Assembly: GCA_964016885.1 (NCBI GenBank) | Contig: CAXHJY010000746.1 | Span: 186,001 to 250,000 of the forward strand | Length of the DNA stretch: 64,000 bases | DNA from: Eledone cirrhosa | Lineage: Eukaryota | Direction: 5' to 3' | In this document: positions 53,198-64,000 of the stretch, piece after piece | How positions within the stretch are numbered: position 1 is the first letter of the stretch | How the letters are laid out: each line of letters opens with the position of its first letter | The notes under the pieces: model-generated | The model's database searches: none | Seen by the model: the letters and a program-made list of their open reading frames with translations, nothing else | What the model was told of the DNA's origin: nothing | Made by a program: the position numbers and the translations under genes

Positions 53198-53468
53198 TTA
53201 TTACTAATATTTCCTCAACTGCGATGTATTTATTCTTAATATTTGTGGATGATTCAAATTTTTCTCATGTCTTAATAAGAGTTGATATCTGAACTTAGTG
53301 AAATTGTTGATATATATATATGACTGTGTGTGTGTATATATATATATGTAGGTTTATGTATATATATATGAGGGAGGGGTATGTGTATATATATATATGT
53401 AAGTTTTTGTATATGTTTATATATATATATAGATGTATATATTCTGTTTACACACATTTATATATAAA

Positions 53469-53501
<33 letters not shown>

Positions 53502-55171
53502 GCATGTATGTATATAAAACCTGTAAGTAACACTTCTACAACAGGAAGCAGGAAGTTGCCCAAATATTGCTGGGGGGTTGGGGGTTGGCAATGTGATCAC
53601 AGGAGCAAGGAAAGAGGGGTTGCCATCATTGGAGTGGGGGAGCAAGGAGGGGTGTCATCACTTTAGAATGTTGAGGAAGTAAGAAGACAAAAGAACGCGG
53701 CCTTATATATGTATATATACACATATATATCTGTATATATATATAACGAAGGAAGTGTGCTAAGGAACCAGGTGGACCAAACGCACCATATATATTTGTA
53801 TATATATATACACACACATGTATATATAGATACATATATATGTGTATATATATATATATACACATATATGTACACACACATACATGTATATATATATACA
53901 CATACACACATATATGTATATATATACACACACAGACATGTATATATACAAACATATATATATACACACACATAACATCATCACCGTTTAACGTTCATCT
54001 CCCACGCTAGCATGGGTTACCAGAGAAAGCTTCCACGAGATAGAATCGTGCAGCAGGTCAGTGAAACCTACACAGGTGTAAGGTTTTCACTTATGAATTA
54101 ACTCTATGGACACTCACCTAACCATGACAATCACTGCTCATAAAATGAAAATAGATATTTTATATATTGAAAAAAATAAAAAACGAAGTTAACCACTTAA
54201 ATCTATTCTTTAATTTCTATGTACGCATATACACCCACATATATATATAATTATACATACATATATATATAATTCAAAGTTTGAAAGCCACTACAAAGCG
54301 AAATGGACAAATGAACACACAATTAAGTTGTAAAAAACGAGGAGTGTTTTTTTACATTCATTTCTTCATATATCCTAATATTTCGATATTAACAGCTCCT
54401 CTTCCGAGGAAAATAAAGGAACTATTCCTGTGTCCGATGCGGATCTAGCTGTTGAAAAGGTTGGAGGGTTCCAGAATTTTTCATATATATATATGAAGGA
54501 CTAGCATCCGAAACGTTAAGACCCTCTTCCTTATATTTCAAGCGTTAAACTAATATATTCCTTTCATATACTGTACCACTTGTGTTATTTCTGTTTAACT
54601 TTTACATACATATATATATAGACATATATGTGTGTATGTATCCCAGGTTTAATCGGGGTAACCTCAGTAAGTAAGGTACTCAATACTTAACAGCGTATAA
54701 ATATTTAATATAGAAATGGCTTCTACAGGACTAGAACTGTTTCATTCAAAAGAAATCATTAGAAAAGCTTTCCTGATGACTTTTTTGGAATGAAACAGTT
54801 CTAGTCCTGTAGAAGCCATTTCTATATTAAATACATATATATATATATATCATCATCATCATCATCGTCGTTTTAATTACCGTTTTCCCTGCCAGCATGG
54901 GTTGGACAAGTCTACAGAGACCAAGTCAGTAGTGAAGTGGGGGCTATTGCCCTCCCAGGGATCTGTGTCTCCCTTATATATGGTTTCACACAACAGAGGG
55001 ACCTCTCAACCCTTTTTAGGGGGGAGAAGCTTTCTATGGCGGATGCCCTTCCTATCACCAACCACTTTACAGGGGGGACTGAGTACGTTTCTCATGTAAA
55101 TCACCAACATATATATATATACTCTTTATATTTATATATATATACATACATACACACTTTATATATATATA

Positions 55172-55370
55172 TGGTGGCTGCCAACTCGTTTTCGAGTACG
55201 GCCACTACTTTATATCCATGTAGGAGAACCCCTACCGATGCGCTGAACGAGTGTGACTTTTGAGTCCAGCCAGCGACTTGATAACTCTGGTACAAACACT
55301 ACACTTGTGACAATTATTGACACATAGTGCTGGGCCCATGGTACCATGTGACAAGTGCAGAGAGATCTCC
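55172..55370 (-). mobile_element. RTE (BovB-like) LINE 3' end with terminal C2H2 finger
   Basis: - strand frame HKCSVCTRVIKSLAGLKSHTRSAHR* followed by a short hairpin UTR; embedded in (TA)n. Confidence 0.6.
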
Positions 55371-55797
55371 AGATATAAAGCATATATACATACATACACA
55401 CTTTATATATATATATATACACTATATATATATATATATATTTACACTATATATATATATATACACTTTATATCTATATATATAAATATACATACACACT
55501 ATATATATATATACATACATACACACTTTATATATATATATATATATATATATACACTATATATATATATATATATATACACTATATATATATATATATA
55601 TACACTTTATATCTATATATATAAATATACATACACACTTTATATATATATATATATATATATATACTCTTTATATCTATATATATACATACATAAACAC
55701 TATATATATATATATATATATAAAGTGTATATATATATATATATATAGTGTATATATATATATATATATATATATAGTGTATATATATATATATATA

Positions 55798-55844
<47 letters not shown>

Positions 55845-56284
55845 GTATATATATATATATATATAAAGTGTATATATATATATATATATATATATAATCA
55901 TCATTACCGATATATATACAATGGGTCTCTTTGTCTCCAACACAGATCCGCAAACTCGCACACATACACATTACATATATACACACTGACACACACACAC
56001 ATATATACACACTGACACACACACACATTATATATATACACACTGACACACACACACACACACACATATATACACACTGACACACACACATATATACACA
56101 CTGACACACACACACACACACACATATACACACTGACACACACATATACACTGACACACACACACACATATATACACACACACACACACCACTAGACTGC
56201 CTCGCACGCACTTTCACCTTCTCCCCTCACTACGATGAGTGGTGACGTCATCGTAGGCCTTGTCTTATGATTCAATGTTGGCAG

Positions 56285-57130
56285 CGAGAGAGAGAGGGTA
56301 AAGCTATAGAGAGAGGAAGAGAGATACAGTAATAAATAGTGTGAGACTAGCGAAGAGAGAGAGAGAGGGTAAAGCTATAGAGAGAGGGAGAGTGATACAG
56401 TAATAAATAGTGTGAGAGTAGCGGAGAGAGAGAGAGAGAGGGTAAAGCTATAGAGAGAGGAAGAGAGATACAGTAATAAATAGTGTGAGACTAGCGAAGA
56501 GAGAGAGAGAGGGTAAAGCTATAGAGAGAGGAAGAGAGATACAGTAATAAATAGTGTGAGACTAGCGAAGAGAGAGAGAGAGGGTAAAGCTATAGACAGA
56601 GAGATACAGTAATAGTGTGAGAGTAGCGGAGAGAGATACAGTAATAAATAGTGTGAGAGTAGCGGAGAGAGAGAGTAAAGCTATAGACAGAGAGATACAG
56701 TAATAGTGTGAGAGTAGCGGAGAGAGAGAGAGTAAAGCTATAGACAGAGAGAGAGGAAGAGAGATACAGTAATAGTGTGAGAGAGGGAGAAACAGTTAGT
56801 AATAACAAGGAAGTAGAGCGAGAGAGGGGGAAGTCATAGAGAGAGTAAAACAAAGCGAATGAGAAGTTACAGAGAGAGAAAGAGTGTAATTAAGCGAGAG
56901 AGGGAGAGTGACAGGGGGGGAACAAAGAGAGAGATAGAGTAAAAGACAGGTTGAGAGAGGGAGAGTGTAATTAAGCGAGAGAGTGGGAGTAACAGCTAGA
57001 GAAAGAGGGGGAGTGATAGAGTGCAATTAAGCGAGAGAGGGGAGAGTAACAGCTATAGAGAGAGGGGGAGTGACAGAGTGCAATTAAGCGAGAGAGGGGA
57101 GAGTAACAGCTATAGAGAGAGGGGGAGAGT
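56285..57130. repeat. GA-rich minisatellite (about 60-bp units, degenerating)
   Basis: GGGTAAAGCTATAGAGAGAGG..GATACAGTAATAAATAGTGTGAG repeats. Confidence 0.9.
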
Positions 57131-57675
57131 GTCAGGCCGCAACTGTCCACGCACATGTTAGTGTATATATAATTATACACACAGTCACTGCTGGCTTTAT
57201 ATAACATATATACACTTTGATCTTTACAGTCTGTGTATATACACTTATATATAATCAAACTAGCTGCCTTCATTCATTCATATATTATACACACAGTAAT
57301 GGCTTAGTATATATACACACACACACAAATGTATATATATACACAATGACTTGATTTATATATATACACGCACTTTCGTCTTCGCTGTGTTTATATATAA
57401 ACACAATAAGTCTGGTTTCATTTATAGAGTATATACACACATATATATATATACATACATTATATATATATATATATATATAATATATATATTATCTATT
57501 ATATATACGTAATATATAACAATTACATATGCATCTATACACTCGTTCGTCTTCTTTGTGTATATAAACAGTTGTGTATATATACACCAACAATGTGCTC
57601 TCAACCTCCGGATTAATGTATGTATAAATATATACTACAATTACATAATATATACACTTTTTCTTTGTTTCTCTG

Positions 57676-57720
<45 letters not shown>

Positions 57721-59831
57721 CACGGTGTGTGTATATATATATATATATATATACACACCTTTTATAACAATGAGTTAATCATATATATACGCACACGTTC
57801 ATCTCTATGTATAAATATATAAACACACACACACATATATATACACACATGGGTATATATATATATATATAGTGTTCCATCCGATGGCCTGAGACCATGC
57901 TGGGGCACACCAAAAATACACATATATATATATATATACACACAAACCAACAATATACGCACACACTAATATATTTACAAACACCAACAATATATACACA
58001 CACATATATATATACACAAACATACATATATATATTGTGTGTATATATATATACACAACTATATACACCACAACGCATTCTAAACCTATTTGTGTCATTG
58101 AATCATAAAATATTTCAACTTTGTTTTAAAAAAAAAAATTAACTAAAATGTCCTCCCCGTCTATTGTCTGTCTCCCTCTCCCCGGGGGGTGGGGGTAGAA
58201 TTACTGACCAGCTAACTTCACCTCACCTTCCACCACACAACCACCACCTTACACCACCACCTCCATCATCATCATCATCACTATGATTATGTCTATGAGT
58301 TCAAATCTCGCCGAGGTTAACTTTTCCTTTCATCCTTACGGGGGTCGATAAAATAAAGTACCAGTAATACACTTGGATATAACTGCTGGCCTTGTGCCAA
58401 AAGCAAAAGTAGATTATGTCTATTTGAAGCCCCAGTTGAGCTCAGCAACAACAACAGCCACTTCTATCGTCTTTATTATTATTATTTCTGGTCGATAAAT
58501 AAAGTCCCCGGGGATCGATTTAACCGACTTTCCTTTCTCCCAAAATTGCTGACCTTGTGCCTATAGTGGAAACATTATTGTTGTTGTTGTTACTATTGCC
58601 GGATTAAATAATTAAATATCAGTGTCGGATTAAACACAGAAGCAGGAATATCTTTTGTCCCTGGAACCCGAATTTGTAGGAGTTCAAACTCTTTTCACGC
58701 TTGATAACTCCTTTATACCCTGACACTGTATATATATATACACACACACACACATATATATATACACACACACATATATATATACACACACATATATATA
58801 TACACACACACACACATATATATATACACACACACACACATATATATACACACACATATATATACACACACACATATATATACACACACACATATATATA
58901 CACACACATATATATATATACAATACACACATTCATATATATGTAATATATACACTATATATGTATATATATATATATATATATAAACAAATATACAATA
59001 TTCATTCATATATATGTAATTTATATATACACACACATTTATATATATTTTAAATATGTATACACACTATATATATATATATTTATATATATATAGTCTG
59101 TTCCTAACTTTTATATAAACATTTTTGCGAGGGGTGGGGAGGTAAATACTACAGACCTCCACTCCACTCCACTCCACCCCCACTCCACTCCACACCAGAT
59201 TAACCTAATCCAGCTTTAGTTACAACTTAATCCAGCTGATTGATGTTCCGAGGTCAGTTTTTCACCTCGAGCCCACCCCCTCACACTATCTCATCACCTC
59301 ACCCACCCCGACCCCCCTCACCCCCACCCCCATCACTTTGTCTCTTCACATTGATAAAGCTCTTTGTTTATTATTATTGTTGAGGTTAACTTTGCTTTTC
59401 ATCCTTATATGGATCGATAAAATAAAGTACCAGTAATACACTGGGGTTCGTTTTAATCGACTTTCCCCTCTCCTTCAAATTGCTGGCCTTGTGCCTATCG
59501 GTAGAGGGGGTCGGACGCCATGCTTTGCAGCATAGAGTTACGGCCCCTTTACGTCCAGGGTTCAAATCCCGCCGAGGTTAACTTTGCCTCTCAGCTTTAC
59601 GGGGGTCGATAGAATAAAGTACCAGTAATACACTGGGGTTATTGCTGGCCTTGTGCCAAAAATAGAAAAATTATTATTATTTGAAACTTCCTCCGAGTTC
59701 TGTTTCTTTAACAATCATGTCAACCTGAGGAGGTAAACTTTGATAATCCACAGATTTTACAATCAATTGTCTTTCAAATGATGTCACAAGGGCACAAACT
59801 ATAGTAAATGTCTTCTTTGTAAGGTTTTTAA

Positions 59832-61951
59832 CCCTTCATTTACATTACTCTATATATACTATTGTATTGTCACAGTAAAGGCTTTACCTCACATAATATC
59901 TCACATAACAGTTACATTACTCTATATATACTATTGTATTTTCACAGTAAAGGCTTTACCTCACATAATATCTCACATAACATTTACATTACTCTATATA
60001 TACTATTGTATTGACACAGTAAAGGCTTTACCTCACATAATATATCACATAACATTTACATTACTCTATATATACTATTGTATTGTCACAGTAAAGGCTT
60101 TACCTCACATAATATCTACATAACATTCACATTACACTATATATACTATTGTATTTTCACAGTAAAGGCTTTACCTCACATAATATCTCACATAACATTT
60201 ACATTACTCTATATATACTATTGTATTGTCACAGTAAAGGCTTTACCTCACATAATATCTCACATAACATTTACATTACTCTATATATACTATTGTATTG
60301 TCACAGTAAAGGCTTTACCTCACATAATATATCACATAACATTTACATTACTCTATATATACTATTGTATTTTCACAGTAAAGGCTTTACCTCACATAAC
60401 ATCTACATTACTCTATATATACTATTGTATTGTCACAGTAAAGGCTTTACCTCACATAATATCTCACATAACAGTTACATTACTCTATATATACTATTGT
60501 ATTTTCACAGTAAAGGCTTTACCTCACATAATATCTCACATAACAGTTACATTACTCTATATATACTATTGTATTTTCACAGTAAAGGCTTTACCTCACA
60601 TAATATCTCACATAACATTTACATTACTCTATATATACTATTGTATTGTCACAGTAAAGGCTTTACCTCACATAATATCTACATAACATTCACATTACAC
60701 TATATATACTATTGTATTTTCACAGTAAAGGCTTTACCTCACATAATATCTCACATAACATTTACATTACTCTATATATACTATTGTATTGTCACAGTAA
60801 AGGCTTTACCTCACATAATATCTCACATAACATTTACATTACTCTATATATACTATTGTATTGTCACAGTAAAGGCTTTACCTCACATAATATATCACAT
60901 AACATTTACATTACTCTATATATACTATTGTATTTTCACAGTAAAGGCTTTACCTCACATAACATCTACATTACTCTATATATACTATTGTATTGTCACA
61001 GTAAAGGCTTTACCTCACATAATATCTCACATAGCATTTACATTACTCTATATATACTATTGTATTGTCACAGTAAAGGCTTTACCTCACATAATATCTC
61101 ACATAACATTTACATTACTCTATATATACTATTGTATTGTCACAGTAAAGGCTTTACCTCACATAACATTTACATTACTCTATATATACTATTGTATTGT
61201 CACAGTAAAGGCTTTACCTCACATAATATCTCACATAACATTTACATTGCTCTATATATACTATTGTATTGTCACAGTAAAGGCTTTACCTCACATAATA
61301 TCTCACATAACATTTACATTACTCTATATATACTATTGTATTGTCACAGTAAAGGCTTTACCACACATAATATCTCACATAACATTTACATTACTCTATA
61401 TATACTATTGTATTTTCACAGTAAAGGCTTTACCTCACATAATATCTCACATAACATCTACATTACTCTATATATACTATTGTATTGTCACAGTAAAGGC
61501 TTTACCTCACATAATATCTCACATAACATTTACATTACTCTATATATACTATTGTATTTTTACAGTAAAGGCTTTACCTCACATAATATCTCACATAACA
61601 TTTACATTACTCTATATATACTATTGTATTGTCACAGTAAAGGCTTTACCTCACATAACATTTACATTACTCTATATATACTATTGTATTGTCACAGTAA
61701 AGGCTTTACCTCACATAATATCTCACATAACATTTACATTGCTCTATATATACTATTGTATTTTCACAGTAAAGGCTTTACCACACATAATACCTCACAT
61801 AACATTTACATTACTCTATATATACTATTATTGAATCTGAGATTTTAGTAACAAAATTTTAACATCAGTATGAGTGGCCGGTTTCGGCTGGTTTGAACAG
61901 AAAGAGGTGAGAGAATTCTGGCTGGAAACGGCCAGTTTAAATGCTAAAGGG
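59832..61951. mobile_element. piggyBac-type MITE expanded by an internal 71/60-bp satellite (about 28 units)
   Basis: TTAA at 59828-59831 and 61952-61955; CCCTT...AAAGGG ends; the unit occurs once (reverse complement) in the 24565-24768 MITE. Confidence 0.88.
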
Positions 61952-62891
61952 TTAAATTGATAATGCTGCCCTTCCCAGGACTTGGATGATACCAGTCAGC
62001 ACTATTTTCTGTATCTCTTGCAGGGATGGCTTTCCAGGTATCCAGTTCAAATATTTTCCAGGGCTCTTTTTACTCATTCCAAATCTGTCGACTATCACTG
62101 GTACAGTACAGGCCTTAAGATGCCACATTTTCTCAATTTCAGTTGATATATCTTTATACTTACTGAGATTTCCAAACTCTTTCAAAGAGACCTGACAATC
62201 TCATGGGATGCTCATATCAATTAAGAAACATGTTTTCTCTTTATGGTCCTTCACAATTATATCGGGTCTATTGGCCTTGATAGTTCTGTCAGTATTTACA
62301 GAGAAATCCCAGAGGATTGTCAAGTTCTCACCTCCTGTTACTGCACCTGGGTGATGGTTGTACCGTTTTCAGACCATAAAACTTGCCCAGTATAAGTATT
62401 GCCCCATTCTATCATGCCTTGTTTTATATTCCTGGGCAGCCTGAAACCAGGTAGTAAATGATCTCAACATGGTCATCACAGAATCAATACTTTTGGTCAG
62501 TTCCATTTCTGATCACATTCTTGAAAATTATGCATTGGGAGACACTGGACTTGTGCAGCCAAAATGAAGCCCTCACTCTCTGCTTTTAGCCCAGAAGTTC
62601 ACAGCCACTGATGGGTGAGAGCTTGATCTACATCAGGTTCCTTGCTACAGAGAACATACTGCCCACACAGTGGTTTTTGCTCCCATTTAGTGCACAGTCT
62701 CTGTTGGCCTTCATGTTTTGCCAACACTCTGATATTCTTTGCATCTTTAATTGCAGAATCGCCATTATTATTTTCAAACTGTATTCCCAGTTCTTCCGCA
62801 AATTTCCTACTTTTCTTTGTCACTGAATGTAACCTCTTTCTCCCTTCGTGAACTGCAACCATTTTCATCATTCAGCCACCTCTGGTTTTAA

Positions 62892-63369
62892 CCCTTTGAC
62901 ATTTACATTACTCTATATATACTATTGTATTTTCACAGTAAAGGCTTTACCTCACATAATACCTCACATAACATTTACATTACTCTATATATACTATTGT
63001 ATTTTCACAGTAAAGGCTTTACCTCACATAATACCTCGCATAACATTTACATTACTCTATATATACTATTGTATTGTCACAGTAAAGGCTTTACCTCACA
63101 ATATCGAATCTATGAGATTTTGATATTATTTATTTTGAGAACAATACCTTATCATAAGTATGAGCAGCCGGTTTGAACAGAAAGAGGTGAGAGAATGCTG
63201 GCTGGATATTTACATTTAAACCAGCCGTAACTGGCCAGAATTCTGTCATGTCTTTCTGTTCAAACCAGCTGTAACTGGCCGCTCATGTTAAGGTATTTTG
63301 AGAACAATACCTCAACATCAGTATAAGTGGCCAGTTTGGCCGGTTATGGTTGGTTTAAATGCTAAATGG
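62892..63369. mobile_element. piggyBac-type MITE with 3 satellite units and an internal inverted duplication
   Basis: TTAA at 62888-62891 and 63370-63373; the LINE peptide rejoins across it (SHYL|KTRGG). Confidence 0.85.
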
Positions 63370-63862
63370 TTAAGGTAGTGACTGAGTCCAATGGTTGATA
63401 TCCTGTATGACAGCTCCAGCTGGAGCATTCCTCTCCCTCCATCTTGTCTAGGGAGATGGAAGTGACCCATGCCTGCTTTTGGTGTCCATTCTCTTGATTT
63501 CATTATATTATTGTGATAGACTGGTAGTAATTGGTAGAGCGCCGGAGAACATACTTTGCAGCATAGAGTTACGTCCCTTTACGTTCTGATTTCAAATTGC
63601 GCCGTGGTTAGTTAAGTTTGCCTTTCATCCTTACGTGGTCAATAAAATAAAGTACCGGTAATACACGGGGTCGATTTAATCGATTTTCCCCCTAAATTGC
63701 TGGCCTTGTGCCTAAATCAGAAACCATTATTATTATTACCGTTGTTATTGTTGTTATTAATATTATTATTATTGTTATTTTCCAGCTCTTTGTGAATCAG
63801 TTTTGCCTACCCCCCAGCCCCCCAGACACCACAGGGCCCCACCCCGCACAAACCAGACAACA

Positions 63863-64000
63863 ATGGCCTCCCACAACAAACACAAGGTCCTACTGAAGAA
63901 CGTGGTGACCCTTTACCCGAGGAAGAAACGCTACATATTGGTCCTGAGAAGAGGGTCGCTTACCTACTGGCCCCTAAACAACGGCAACAACGACAATAAC
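63863..64000 (+). CDS. N-terminal coding exon of a downstream gene (MASHNKHKVLLKNVVTLYPRKKRYILVLRRGSLTYWPL...), possibly sphingosine/ceramide-kinase-like; truncated by window
   Basis: TTTTCCAG acceptor ending at 63785, ACAACAATGG start context, open to window end; family call is recalled similarity only. Confidence 0.55.
   Translation, partial: MASHNKHKVLLKNVVTLYPRKKRYILVLRRGSLTYWPLNNGNNDNN

Larger units (their letters stand above)
59680..63500 (-). mobile_element. Degenerate R4/Dong-like RLE non-LTR retrotransposon interrupted by two piggyBac-type MITEs
   Basis: LPRQDGGRGM (RT thumb), GQY..WL..GLKAESEGFILAAQ, ILWDFSVNTDRTIKANRPDIIV..IDMSIP (PD-D/ExK endonuclease), KYKDI..EIEKMW; stops and frameshifts present. 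Confidence 0.88.

Noticed and set aside
60078-61848. Long ORFs of 202, 561 and 378 aa
   Set aside because: Translations of a 71/60-bp satellite inside a MITE; no splice or domain evidence

Overview
AT-rich, microsatellite-dense animal genomic DNA. The SINE, LINE and MITE repertoire fits a coleoid cephalopod (Octopus-like), which is an inference. The main gene is a complete + strand CPSF6/CPSF7 co-orthologue (CFIm68, alternative-polyadenylation factor). I assembled it by hand from 16 GT-AG exons with consistent phases (7136-23325, about 591 aa): acidic N-terminus, RRM, Pro-rich region with PAPHVNPAFF, helical domain, RS/RE tail. It also has two extra frame-preserving candidate cassette exons, a 3'UTR intron 54 nt after the stop, and a probably very long 3'UTR. 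A divergent unidentified gene starts on the - strand (exons near 5298-5400, 2958-3104 and 1-38). A + strand coding exon, possibly sphingosine-kinase-like, begins at the right edge. The rest is tRNA-derived SINEs, RTE/R4-Dong/CR1/Tx1 LINE fragments, piggyBac- and mariner-type MITEs, satellites seeded from those elements, and foldback elements with hammerhead-like cores. The most interesting signals are candidate RNA-regulatory arrays in CPSF6: ACUAAC+hairpin units after a micro-exon, a UAGGG cluster after the UTR-intron donor, a periodic UGUA array in the 3'UTR, and SINE-borne AATAAA in introns. Exon coordinates were counted by hand; repeat boundaries are approximate. Almost all ORF-track entries are microsatellite artefacts.
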